From an uncultured Candidatus Rokubacteria bacterium (lineage in GTDB: Bacteria > Methylomirabilota > Methylomirabilia > Rokubacteriales > CSP1-6): a stretch of 64,000 nucleotides of DNA. The notes under the pieces were generated by a model. That model saw nothing but the letters and a program-made list of their open reading frames with translations. It did not search any database and was not told where the DNA came from. Positions within the stretch are counted from its first letter, which is position 1. Each line of letters begins with the position of its first letter. Of the stretch, positions 18,980-28,956 are shown piece by piece. The translations under genes were made by a program, and so were the position numbers. The DNA lies in contig CAVWFS010000006.1 of NCBI GenBank assembly GCA_963754315.1, positions 128,001-192,000 of the forward strand. Direction: 5' to 3'.

Positions 18980-20171
18980 CTAGCGGCGTCCCCCCTCCTG
19001 CAGCTCAACCCAGTCGGTCATCTTCACCCACTTGCCGTCCTTGACGACGACCAGACGCCCCGCGCGACTCATCCCGCGCCGGTTGTCGCCGCCGTAACCG
19101 TACTTGAGGCCCCAGCCCGGGTCCCAGTCCTTGATGGACTCGATCGACTTGAGCAGGGAGTCGCGCGTGAGGGTGCGTCCCGTGCGCTGCAATGCTTCGA
19201 CGAACAGCGCGGCCTTCTGGTACCCGTAGAGATTCGTCGTGTCGAGCGCGAGGGTCGGGGCGTACTTCTTCATGTCAGCCCGATAGAGATCCATGAAGGC
19301 GCCGGGATCGGTGGGGAGCGGATAGACCTCCACCCCGATCACTCCCTCGACGTGCTTGCCGCCCAGCTCGATCGTCTTGTCCAGCACGATGGGCGAGGGA
19401 CCGATGAACAGCGGTTTGTACCCGATGGCGGCACACTGCTCGGCCAGTCTCGGCGGCTCGCGATAGACGGCCTGGAGGATCACGGCCTCGGCCCCCGAGG
19501 CTTTGAGCTTGGCCGCTTGCGAGCTGAAATCGATGTCGGCGCGCTTGTAGTCGACTTCCGCCGTATAGGCAAGCTCGTGCTGCTTCAGGCGAGCCTTGCC
19601 GGCCAGGTGCCCATCGAGGCCGTACTCGTCATCCTGGTAGAAGCTCGCGATCTTCTTGATCTTCCGGTCCTTGACCAGGTAGTCGATGATCATCCAGGTT
19701 TGGTCGGCGTAGGTGGCGAGGTCGCCGACGTGCCACTTTCCCGAGGTTGTCCAGATGCTGGCGAGCGTGGCCGGAAAGATGTTGGGGACTTGCTTCTCGT
19801 CCAGGTAGTCCTTGATCGCCTTCGTGGTCGGCGTGCCCAGGTGTCCCATCATGACAAACACCTTGTCGCGTTCCACCAGGCGCTTGGCGTTGATCACCGC
19901 CTTCGGAGGCTGATACACGTGGTCGTAGGCGATCAGCTTGATCTTGCGCCCGTGGACGCCGCCGGCGTCGTTGACCCGGCTGAAGACGGCTTCCATGCCC
20001 GCCTTGATGTTGACCCCCCAATTGGCCACGGCGCCGGTCAGATCCAGACCGGCCCCCACCGTCACCTCTTTGTCGGTGACCCCGTCCTCCGCGCGGACCG
20101 GCCCGACCGCGCTCACGACCAGGAGGCCGACCAGGGCTACCAGAGCTCCGTCAGCTGACCAGACGTTTCAT
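18980..20171 (-). CDS. Branched-chain amino acid ABC substrate-binding protein (LivJ/K-like); frameshift in signal peptide near 20150
   Basis: DGVTDKEV, NDAGGVHGRKI, GHLGTP, QDDEYG; GAAGGAGGAG-ATG at 20171 is in another frame. Confidence 0.88.
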
Positions 20172-20219
20172 GCGACTCCTCCTTCTTCGGCGTGATGGAC
20201 TCAGGAGCTTCCCTCGGAT

Positions 20220-20976
20220 CTAGGAATGCCCCAGGTACGACCGGCGGACGTCGTCATCGCGAAGCAAGTCTCGACTATCGCCGGCCAGCGAAATCGTGCC
20301 CGGTCTCCAGGACATAGCCATAGTCGGCGATCGACAGCGCCTTGTTGGCGTTCTGTTCCACGAGGAGGACGGTCGTCCCGTTGTCGTGGATCTCGCGGAT
20401 GATGCGAAAAATCTCCTCCACCAGCATGGGAGCGAGGCCCAGGGAGGGTTCGTCCAGGAGCATCAGCCGGGGCCGCGCCATCAGCGCGCGTCCAATGGCG
20501 AGCATCTGCTGCTCGCCACCGCTCAGGGTTCCCGCCAGTTGCCAGCGCCGCTCGGCCAGAATGGGAAAGTGCGCCTGCACCTGGTCGAGGCTCTCCTGAA
20601 TGTCGCGCTTGTCGGTCCGGGTGTAGGCTCCCATCTTCAAGTTCTCGAGAACGGTCAGCTCTGGAAACAGCTCGCGGCCCTCCGGGACATGGGAGATGCC
20701 CCGGCGCACGATCTGCTCCGACGCAAGCGCGTCGATGCGGGCCCCCATGAAGGCAATCGTTCCCCGCAGGGGGGGCACCAGGCCGGAGATGGACTTGAGC
20801 GTCGTCGACTTCCCGGCGCCATTGGCACCCAGGAGCGTGACAATCGAACCCTCGGGAACGGTGAAGGAGATCCCTTTGAGCGCCTGGATGCCCCCATAGT
20901 AGGTCTCGATCCGGTCGACGGTCAGTAACGGCTGCCCGGACGAGCGCCGAGAGCCCGGGCTATCGGACTTCGGCAC
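20220..20976 (-). CDS. livF: Branched-chain amino acid ABC ATPase; frameshift near C-terminus (~20300)
   Basis: GANGAGKST, VPEGR, LSGGEQQMLAIGR, LLDEPSLGL; the shifted frame gives VRRSYLG-stop. Confidence 0.9.
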
Positions 20977-21741
20977 CAGCGGTCTCCCCCAGGTAGGCCT
21001 TGATGACCTCCGGGGCGTTCTGCACGTCGCGCGCCGTGCCTTCCGCGATCGTGCGCCCGAAATTGAGCACGGTGATGATGTCGCACACATTCATCACGAG
21101 CCCCATGTCGTGCTCGACGAGCAGGATGGTCAGCTTGAAATGATCGCGCACCTTGAACAGAAGCTGTGGGCGAGCGCCTTTGTCTCCGACGTGTTCAATC
21201 CAGAGGCGGGCTCATCCAGGAGCAAGAGCGTGGGCTCAGTCGCGAGGGCTCGCCCCAGCTCCAAGCGCTTCTGCGACCCGAGGGGGAGGTTGCCGGCCAC
21301 CTGGGCCTGGATGTCCCGCAACCCGAGAAACTCCAGGAGCTCCAGGGCCTTGACGCGGACCGCGCGCTCCTCCTTGTGGACGGAGGGAAGGGCCAGCGCC
21401 TCTGCCAGCACCCCGGCCCGCATGTGATGGTGCTTCGCCACCAGGATGTTGTCGAGCGCGCTCATGCTTCGGAAGAGCTGCACGTTCTGGAAAGTCCGCG
21501 CGATGCCAAGGTGGGAGATTTGGTCGGGCCGCAAGCGCGTGATCTCGCGCTCGCCAAAGTGGATGGAACCGCCCGCCGGCCGGTAGAAGCCCGTGATGCA
21601 GTTGAAGATGGTGGTCTTGCCTGCGCCGTTGGGCCCGATCAAACCATGTATTCGACCCGTGTCGATGCTGACGGACACGTGATCGACCGCGCGCAGGCCC
21701 CCGAAGTTGACAGAGAGGTCTCGGATCGACAGACAGGTCAC
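20960..21741 (-). CDS. livG: Branched-chain amino acid ABC ATPase; frameshift near 21165
   Basis: FGGLRAV, GPNGAGKTT, GIARTFQ, LLDEPASGL, then LVEHDM..VIKAYLG in a second frame. Confidence 0.9.
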
Positions 21742-21908
21742 AAGGATGGCGCCGGCGGAACTTCCAGACGATCGGCCCGAGCGGAGCGTACCGCCATGGC
21801 GACCCTCTTCATCGCGCCTGAATGCGGCCCCGGCGCGAGTTCCGAAGACCCTTGTCTAGCGCTTGACGGACCCGTCCTCGGGCCGACAGCTCGGCCGAGG
21901 CGCGCCGA

Positions 21909-21938
21909 ATGCTACTGCGCGGATGGGGAGCCGGTCAA
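21909..21938 (-). promoter_or_regulatory. Putative sigma70 promoter for the liv operon
   Basis: TTGACC-18 bp-TAGCAT on the minus strand. Confidence 0.45.
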
Positions 21939-21949
21939 GGGGGTCTTGT

Positions 21950-21983
21950 TCAGGGTGACGACGCATGGTTGGCGTCACCCTGA
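21950..21983 (-). terminator. Inverted repeat downstream of LLM gene (terminator-like, no U tract)
   Basis: Perfect 11-bp stem TCAGGGTGACG / CGTCACCCTGA, 12-nt loop. Confidence 0.45.
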
Positions 21984-21988
21984 CGCGC

Positions 21989-23071
21989 TCACCCGAGATG
22001 GGTGATCCGCGGCGCCACCTGCTCCATCAAGAGACGCAAGCTCTCGTGGTCCCAGCCGGCGTCGTCGGAGTCCGTGGTGATCGACAGGAGCGTGCCGAAC
22101 CCACCGCTCTCCTCGTAGAGCTGATGGATCTTCTCCACACACTCGGCGGCGTCGCCCACGATCCACACGTTGTCGAGCAAGTAGTCGACGGTGACGGCCT
22201 CGTCAGGCATGGCCGGGTCGAGCTTGGTCGACGCCATCTGAACGGTGCCCACGCGATTCGGATGCTGATGATCCAGATAGTTCCGACCAAGCACCGCCCG
22301 CGCCCGCTCGCGCGCGGTTCTGGACGTCGGCCCCACCAAAATGTCGCGGGCGATCCGCCACTCACCGCGCTTGGCGGCCACGTGAGCCCGGTGGGCGCCG
22401 TCTTCCACGAGGCGCCAATGGTCGGCGAGATACGCGCGGGACAGGAGCGAGCTCGACATCGGAATCCACCCCCGCTCGCCCGCCATGCGCATGGAACTGG
22501 AGTCGGGGGTGCTGGCCGCGACGGCGATGGGCGGATGCGGCCGCTGATAGGGCTTCATGTAGTAGCCGCGCGCCTTGACCGCATCGAAGGCAGGCGTGTC
22601 GATGGTGAAGAAACGGCCGCGATACGCGAACGGGCCCTCCGACGCCCACAGCTTGAGGACCACGTCCAGGACCTCGGCCGAGCGGGCCCGCACCGAGGTG
22701 GGGTCTGTGTGATCGAGTCCCATCAGCGCCAGATCGGTGGGAATGGCGCCCCCGCCGATCCCCCACTGAAACCTCCCACGGGCCATGTGGTCGAGCATGG
22801 CCACACGATGCGCCAGATACAGGGGATGGTGCAGAGCCAAGAGGGTCACGCCCGTGCCCAGGTGAATGTGCTTTGTCAGGGCCAGAGCCTGGGCGATGAG
22901 CAAATCGGGAGCGGGGGCGTTCTCCCACCGCTCCGTCAGGTGTTCACCCACCCAGGCCTCGCGAAAGCCGAGCCGATCGGCCAGAACGAGCTGCTCGATG
23001 TCGCGATCGTAGGCATCCGCGAACCCACGGCTGGGCGGATGCAGCGGCATCATGAACAGGCCAAACTGCAT
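21989..23071 (-). CDS. LLM-class flavin-dependent monooxygenase
   Basis: FGLFMMPLHP, ADRLGFREAWVGEH, LGTGV, LDHMARGR, PYQRPHPPI. Confidence 0.9.
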   Translation of the reverse strand: MQFGLFMMPLHPPSRGFADAYDRDIEQLVLADRLGFREAWVGEHLTERWENAPAPDLLIAQALALTKHIHLGTGVTLLALHHPLYLAHRVAMLDHMARGRFQWGIGGGAIPTDLALMGLDHTDPTSVRARSAEVLDVVLKLWASEGPFAYRGRFFTIDTPAFDAVKARGYYMKPYQRPHPPIAVAASTPDSSSMRMAGERGWIPMSSSLLSRAYLADHWRLVEDGAHRAHVAAKRGEWRIARDILVGPTSRTARERARAVLGRNYLDHQHPNRVGTVQMASTKLDPAMPDEAVTVDYLLDNVWIVGDAAECVEKIHQLYEESGGFGTLLSITTDSDDAGWDHESLRLLMEQVAPRITHLG

Positions 23072-23089
23072 GGAAGACCCGCCCCGACG

Positions 23090-23945
23090 TTACCGGATCT
23101 GCTTGTGAACGAACTCGGTGATCATCTCGATGGCGCGATTGGAAGCTGGTGACCCGGCCTTGCGCATGATGAAGCCTTGCCCCTCTCCGTCGAACAGCTC
23201 GAGATCGACCAATCCCCCTGCCTTGCGGTAGGCCGCCACGAAGCGATCGAGCTGAGGCCGTGGGTGGGCGATGTCTTCAGTGCCCTGCAGGTAGAGAACT
23301 GGCGGCAGCTGCACAGCCTCGCCTCGCTCGAGAGCCAGAGCAGGATCGCCGTCGGCCATGGCCTGCTCGCTCTGCCAGTAGGCGTCGTGGCAAGGGAGTA
23401 CCTCGTCCACCAAGGGTGGATAGGGTTGACCGCCAGCCTTGAGGGCCTTGGCGTAGTGATAACGGCCAAGCGGATCGATGACGGGCGCGCACAGGATCAC
23501 GCAGCGCACGGTGGCATCGAGCGCGGATGCCCCGCGATGACGGCAACGACGCGTAGCGAGCATCGAATGGTCGCATGGCCAGCAACATGGCCTGGTGCCC
23601 GCCACTGGAATTGCCCATCGAACCCACCATGTCTGGCCGCCCTCCGAGGTCGGTAGCCCGGGCCTTGAGCCAGCGAATGGCGTAGTGGATGTCCTGGAAC
23701 GAGGCGGGATAGGGGGCCACCGGTGGCTGCCGCCAGTCGAGGGCGGCGACGATCACTCCACTCTTGGCCAGCGGCTCGTGAATCACCTTGTCGCCGAGAC
23801 GATCCCCGCGGCACCAGGCACCGCCGTGCAGCTCGACCATGATGGGAAAGGGCCCCGACCCCTGCGGGCGGTAGAGTCGAACGAGCAGGGGGGTACCAGC
23901 GTGGCGGGAGTACTCAACATCCTCGACCTTGATCTCGTAGCTCAT
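23090..23945 (-). CDS. Alpha/beta hydrolase (HSL-type esterase); frameshift near 23540
   Basis: HGGAW oxyanion motif, GNSSGG nucleophile, LQGTED in a second frame. Confidence 0.85.
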
Positions 23946-24047
23946 GGTGGTCTCCTCGCCGCCAAACGTCGCTCAGACCGGCATCCAGAGTCAAGCGGTG
24001 CCCGGCATCTCGATGATATCCTCGGCGAGCCGGGGAGGGGCGAGAGC

Positions 24048-24884
24048 ATGATCGAGGTTCGGCGTCTAGGGCCGCAGATCGGGGCCGAGGTCCGCGGGGT
24101 CGACGTGCGGACGCTTGACGAGACCACGTTCAACACGATCTATCGTGCGTGGCTCGACCACAACGTCGTGGTGGTGCCGGAGCAAGATCTGGAGATCGAG
24201 GAATTTCTGCGCTACAGCCGTCGCTTCGGGGTCGTGCACCCTCACCCCTCCAAGATGACCCGCCACCCGGACTACCCTGAGGTCACGTTGCTTGGCGTCA
24301 ACAAGGTCCAGGCCGACGGAACCCTCAACATGGCCGTCTATCGGCGGGGGGCTGAAGGGTGGCACACGGACGGCGCCTATGATCAAGAACCGTTCAAGGC
24401 TACCCAGCTCTATGCCCTTGCCGTTCCGAGCCGGGGCGGCGACACGCTCTTCGCCAGCATGTACGCCGCCTACGATGCCTTGCCTCGCTCGTTGCAGCAG
24501 CGGGTGGAGGGGCGGCAGGGGGCCTTTACCTATGGTGGCCGACGCAAGGCGACCGCGCTGCTCAACGAGGAAGACCGCGACTGGAAGCCTGTCTTCCATC
24601 CGATCGTTCGTATCCATCCCGAGACCGGGCGCAAGGCGCTGTACTTCGACCCCGGCAAGATCCTACGGGTGGAGGGGCTCGACGAGCGCGAGAGCGACAC
24701 GCTCATCGACGAACTGACGGGCTTCATGATCCAGCCGGAGGGCGAGTACCGTCACACCTGGCACAAGGGCGACATCGTCATCTGGGACAACCGCTGCTCG
24801 TACCACAAAGCGGCCGGCGACTACCCGCCCGAGGAAGATCGCATCCACTGGCGGGTCTCGATCAAGGAGCGCCCGGCGACGTAG
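24048..24884 (+). CDS. TauD/TfdA family Fe(II)/2-oxoglutarate dioxygenase
   Basis: GWHTDG, GGDTLF, HPIVRIHPETGRKALY, WDNRCSYH. Confidence 0.92.
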   Translation: MIEVRRLGPQIGAEVRGVDVRTLDETTFNTIYRAWLDHNVVVVPEQDLEIEEFLRYSRRFGVVHPHPSKMTRHPDYPEVTLLGVNKVQADGTLNMAVYRRGAEGWHTDGAYDQEPFKATQLYALAVPSRGGDTLFASMYAAYDALPRSLQQRVEGRQGAFTYGGRRKATALLNEEDRDWKPVFHPIVRIHPETGRKALYFDPGKILRVEGLDERESDTLIDELTGFMIQPEGEYRHTWHKGDIVIWDNRCSYHKAAGDYPPEEDRIHWRVSIKERPAT

Positions 24885-24915
24885 GACCGGGGGCGCCACG
24901 GGGCGCCCGACTACA

Positions 24916-25533
24916 TCAGTACTTTCGGCAGACCAGGCGCAGGTGGTCGCGGAAGTGAGGCTGCAGGCGGCTTGTCCACTCGCTTTCGCGGGCCCGCTTC
25001 CACTCGGCCGATTCCTGCACCTCCGGCCGGGCCAGATGGTAGAGCGCCACGTACGTGCGGTTGCCGCTGCCACGGAAGCGCCGCGCGCAGAGCACGCCGG
25101 GAACGGCCAACAGGGCCGGGATGTGCTCCTTGTCGTACCATTCATTGAACTCGGCCTCGAATCCGGGCGCGATGTTCATGGCGTTCAACAGGAGCCCGCC
25201 AGCCTCGGCGGGCGGGAGCTGATCCCCTGGCAGGATTTGATCACCCTCGAAGCGCATCAGGCGCTCGACCTGACGGGTGACGCGCTTCGACCACGGCGAA
25301 AGGTTGTCGCCTCCGACGGCCAGGTAAGGCGGGCTCTTCAGCACCGCGAGGGACTCGAGGTCGTAGGTTGCCACCGAGACCTTGGGGTCGTACGCCCCGA
25401 TCCAGCGCTGACAGACAAGGAAGCCCGGTATGCGCTGCCGCTCCGGCAAGTGCTCGGTGTCATACCAGTCATGAAACTCATCCTCGGCGGCCTGCCCCAT
25501 GTGCATCGCGGCGATCAGGGTACCCTTGGCCAT
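24916..25533 (-). CDS. Hypothetical protein with two tandem EthD/DUF4286-like domains
   Basis: Internal repeat EDEFHDWYDTEHLPERQRIPGF / EAEFNEWYDKEHIPALLAVPGV. Confidence 0.7.
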   Translation of the reverse strand: MAKGTLIAAMHMGQAAEDEFHDWYDTEHLPERQRIPGFLVCQRWIGAYDPKVSVATYDLESLAVLKSPPYLAVGGDNLSPWSKRVTRQVERLMRFEGDQILPGDQLPPAEAGGLLLNAMNIAPGFEAEFNEWYDKEHIPALLAVPGVLCARRFRGSGNRTYVALYHLARPEVQESAEWKRARESEWTSRLQPHFRDHLRLVCRKY

Positions 25534-25614
25534 CCTCTGTTCCTCCCATCCTGAGGCTGCGTGTACCATAGTCGCGGTCCCTGCCGAGAGCAAGCGTCGG
25601 CCAAGGAGACAGGC

Positions 25615-27054
25615 GTGCGCAAGATCCTCAGGTCTATGATCATCGCCCTGGTAGTGCTCGCTCCTCTCACGGTCTACGCCCAGGATGGCCGGGCACTGCT
25701 GGACGAGGCGGCCTTGGCCATGGGCGCTGCCAATCTCAAGTCTATCGAGTACACGGCTGCGGGAGTGATCTTCAATGTCGGCCAGAGTGCGGCGCCCGGC
25801 GGGCCGTGGCCGCGGTTCGACCTCAAGAGCTACACACGATCGGTGAACTACGAGACAGCGTCTCATCGGGAGGATCTCGTGCGCGCTCGCACCGATTCGG
25901 TACCCCGAGGTGGCGGCATTCCTGCGATGGGAGAGGCGCGGCTCGTCCTCGTGGCCAGCGGCGATCATGCCTGGAACCTCGCCGGTTCAACGGCGACCGC
26001 GGTCCCCATGTCCCTCATCGACCGACAACTCCAGCTCTGGACCACCCCGCACGGCGTCATCAAGGCGGCCATGGCCAACAACGCGGTGGTCCAGGGCCGG
26101 ACGATCACGTTTATCGTGCCCGGGCGCTTCAAGGCCAGGGCCTGGCTGGGTGATACGAATCTTGTCGACAAGGTCGAGGCTGTGTTCTCGAACCCCGTGG
26201 TGGGCGATATGCCGTTCGAGGTGAGCTATTCCGACTACCAAGACTTCGGCGGCGTGAAGTTTCCCACGAGGATCCGTCAGACGATCGGGTGGTTTCCCGC
26301 CCTCGATCTGACCGTGACCGAGGTCCGGCCCAACGCCCAGGTTGATATCCAGGTGCCGGACAACGTTCGCCAGACCACCAATCCCTACGCGCGGGTGAGT
26401 AGCCATCTGGTTACCGCCGGCGTCTGGTATGTGACGGGCGGGACCCATCACAGTGTGGCGATCGAGATGAAGGACCACATGATCGTCGTGGAAGGGCCGC
26501 TCAACGACGAGCGCGCCGCGGCCGTGATCGACGAAGTCAAGCGGCTCGTGCCGAACAAGCCCATTCGCTACGTCGTGAACAGCCATCACCACTTCGACCA
26601 TGCCGGGGGGATCCGCGCCTTCGTGGCAGAGGGTGCGACCCTCGTGACCCACGAGGCCAACCGCTCCTTCTTCGAGTGGGCGTTGGCAGCTCCTGCCACC
26701 GTGACTCCCGATCGCCTGGCCCGGGAGGCGCGCAAGGCGACAGTGGAGGGTGTGCGCGACAAGCGTGTCCTGACCGACGGGATGCGAACGGTGGAAATCA
26801 TGCATATCGCCGGCAACCTCCATGCCGACGGGATGCTCATGGTTTATCTGCCACGGGAGAAGCTCCTGAGCCAGGCCGATGCCTATTCCCCGTTGGCTCC
26901 GAACGTCGCTCCGCCCGCGGCGGCGAACCCGAACACGGTCAACCTCGCCGACAACATTGCGCGGCTCGGCCTGGCCGTGGACCGGCTGCTCCCCTTGCAT
27001 GGGCGGATCGTTCCTCTGAGCGAGCTTCACAAGACGATCGGTCGCGCCAACTGA
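25615..27054 (+). CDS. Secreted MBL-fold metallo-hydrolase
   Basis: Signal peptide (..VYAQ); SHHHFDHAGG motif; AAGGAG SD. Confidence 0.85.
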   Translation: MRKILRSMIIALVVLAPLTVYAQDGRALLDEAALAMGAANLKSIEYTAAGVIFNVGQSAAPGGPWPRFDLKSYTRSVNYETASHREDLVRARTDSVPRGGGIPAMGEARLVLVASGDHAWNLAGSTATAVPMSLIDRQLQLWTTPHGVIKAAMANNAVVQGRTITFIVPGRFKARAWLGDTNLVDKVEAVFSNPVVGDMPFEVSYSDYQDFGGVKFPTRIRQTIGWFPALDLTVTEVRPNAQVDIQVPDNVRQTTNPYARVSSHLVTAGVWYVTGGTHHSVAIEMKDHMIVVEGPLNDERAAAVIDEVKRLVPNKPIRYVVNSHHHFDHAGGIRAFVAEGATLVTHEANRSFFEWALAAPATVTPDRLAREARKATVEGVRDKRVLTDGMRTVEIMHIAGNLHADGMLMVYLPREKLLSQADAYSPLAPNVAPPAAANPNTVNLADNIARLGLAVDRLLPLHGRIVPLSELHKTIGRAN

Positions 27055-27206
27055 GAGGAGGCCCTCCCGCACAGGCGGCACCTTCGGCGGGGCCCGCCCG
27101 GCAGGACGGTCGAGCCTCGGGGCCGCCATGATAGAGTGTGCTGGAGCCGGGCGGCCGGAAACGGCTCGCCTCAGCTCCTCGATCCCTAATGCCGAGGAGT
27201 CTGCCC

Positions 27207-28922
27207 ATGCGCAGGTACTACGACATCGACCTGACCGACCATACTGTCTCCGCGCGCGAACTGCACGGCGAGGCCATCGTCAAGGCCGGCCGGTATCTCA
27301 TCGCCAAGACGCTCGTGGACATGCAGGTGGCCCAGGTCGATCCCTTGTCGCCGGGGAACCCGCTTATCTTTTCGGCCGGGCCCTTCGCCGGTACGAGCTT
27401 CTCCAACGCCAACCGCACCAGCGTCGGCTGCAAGAGCCCGCTCACCGACGGGGTCAAGGAGGCGAACGGCGGCGGCACCTTCAGCTATGGCCTGGGCCAG
27501 CTCAAGATCGCCGGGTTCACCTTACTTGGTGCCTCTCCGGACTGGGTGGTCGTGCATTTCAAGAAGGACGGCAGCATCCAGTTCGATGACGGTACGCCGT
27601 ACCTGGGCAAGGGCAACTTCGAGGCGAACGACATGCTGCACACAAGCTACGGTAAGAAGGTCACCGTGGCCCTGTGTGGTCCGGTGGGTGAGTACCAGGG
27701 CCTCATCGCGGGCATCGCTTTCAGCGACAAGGACGGTCGCCCGTCGCGTCTGGCGGCGCGTGGTGGCGTGGGCGCCGTGATGGGGAGCAAGAAGGTCAAG
27801 GCGATTGTCGTCGACCTGGATCGTATTCCGCCATTGCACGACGCAAAGAAGGTCAATGCGAGCATCAAGAACTACGCCAAGATGCTGCAGGCCGATTCTA
27901 TGGTCTCGAACTTCTACGCCAAGGTCGGCACCATGGGTATGGCCGATCTCCAGAACTACCTGGGCGGGCTGCCGGTGCGCAACTTCAGTGCGGGCCAGAT
28001 GGCTAACACCGCCGCCGGCGAGACGTTCAAAATGGGAGGCGAGTACATCACGCAGCTCAACACCTCGCGAGGCGGCGAGCAGACACATGCGTGCATGCCG
28101 GGCTGCGTGATCCAGTGCAGTAACGTCTACCACGACGCCAACGGCAAGGAGGTCGTCTCGCCGGTCGAGTACGAGACCCTGGGCCTGCTCGGGACCAACT
28201 GCGGTATCAGCGACCCGGACGACCTGGCCCAGCTCAACTTCATTGCCAACGATCTCGGGGTTGATACGATCGAGACCGGTGCCATGCTGGCCGTCCTCAT
28301 GGAGGCGGGTCTCGGGCGGTTCGGCGATGTGCCCTTCATGGTGGAGTGCCTGGCCGAAATCGGTCGAGCCACCGAAAAAGGCCGTCTGTGGGCGCAGGGC
28401 ACCGCCCGCGTGGGCGAGGCCTACCATGTCCGGCGTGTCCCCGTCATCAAGAAGCAAGCGATCAGCGCCTACGATCCTCGTGTGGTGGAGGCCACGGGTG
28501 TCACCATGATGGCGACCGCCCAGGGAGCCGACCACACGGCCGGCAACCTGCCCCGGCTCAAGACGCGCGAAATGGACGTGGAGGCGATCGTCAGTCAGAG
28601 CCTGCTCCACCAAACGCGCGTGGCCGCCAACGACTCGTTGGGGCTGTGCATCTTCGGCATGAGCGTGACCAATCCGAATGTCCAGTTCATGGTCGACACG
28701 ATGAACGCCGCCCACGGCACCGACCTGACCACCGAGTTCTTCGAGGCCCTGGGTCGGGAGACCCTGCGCCTGGAGTACGAGTTCAATCGCCAAGCTGGCT
28801 TCACGGAGCAAGACGACGAACTGCCCGCGTTCTTCTACAGCGAGGCGTTGCCCCCCACCAATCACGTGGCACGCTTCCACGGCGCCGACGTCCACACCAT
28901 GTACGAGCGGCTGTCGGCATAG
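27207..28922 (+). CDS. Aldehyde:ferredoxin oxidoreductase family (W/Mo-pterin, 4Fe-4S)
   Basis: KSPLTDGVKEANGGG, ARGGVGAVMGSKKVKAI, CMPGCVIQC, EYET, DLGVD, DSLGLC. Confidence 0.9.
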   Translation: MRRYYDIDLTDHTVSARELHGEAIVKAGRYLIAKTLVDMQVAQVDPLSPGNPLIFSAGPFAGTSFSNANRTSVGCKSPLTDGVKEANGGGTFSYGLGQLKIAGFTLLGASPDWVVVHFKKDGSIQFDDGTPYLGKGNFEANDMLHTSYGKKVTVALCGPVGEYQGLIAGIAFSDKDGRPSRLAARGGVGAVMGSKKVKAIVVDLDRIPPLHDAKKVNASIKNYAKMLQADSMVSNFYAKVGTMGMADLQNYLGGLPVRNFSAGQMANTAAGETFKMGGEYITQLNTSRGGEQTHACMPGCVIQCSNVYHDANGKEVVSPVEYETLGLLGTNCGISDPDDLAQLNFIANDLGVDTIETGAMLAVLMEAGLGRFGDVPFMVECLAEIGRATEKGRLWAQGTARVGEAYHVRRVPVIKKQAISAYDPRVVEATGVTMMATAQGADHTAGNLPRLKTREMDVEAIVSQSLLHQTRVAANDSLGLCIFGMSVTNPNVQFMVDTMNAAHGTDLTTEFFEALGRETLRLEYEFNRQAGFTEQDDELPAFFYSEALPPTNHVARFHGADVHTMYERLSA

Positions 28923-28956
28923 AAGGCAACACTCGCGGGCCTGGGAAGGAGCGATA

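Noticed and set aside
24886..24910. Hairpin gggcgcc-acgg-ggcgccc as another REP-like copy
   Set aside because: It loosely resembles hairpin 1 but lacks the linker and hairpin 2; it may be an ordinary hairpin between convergent genes.
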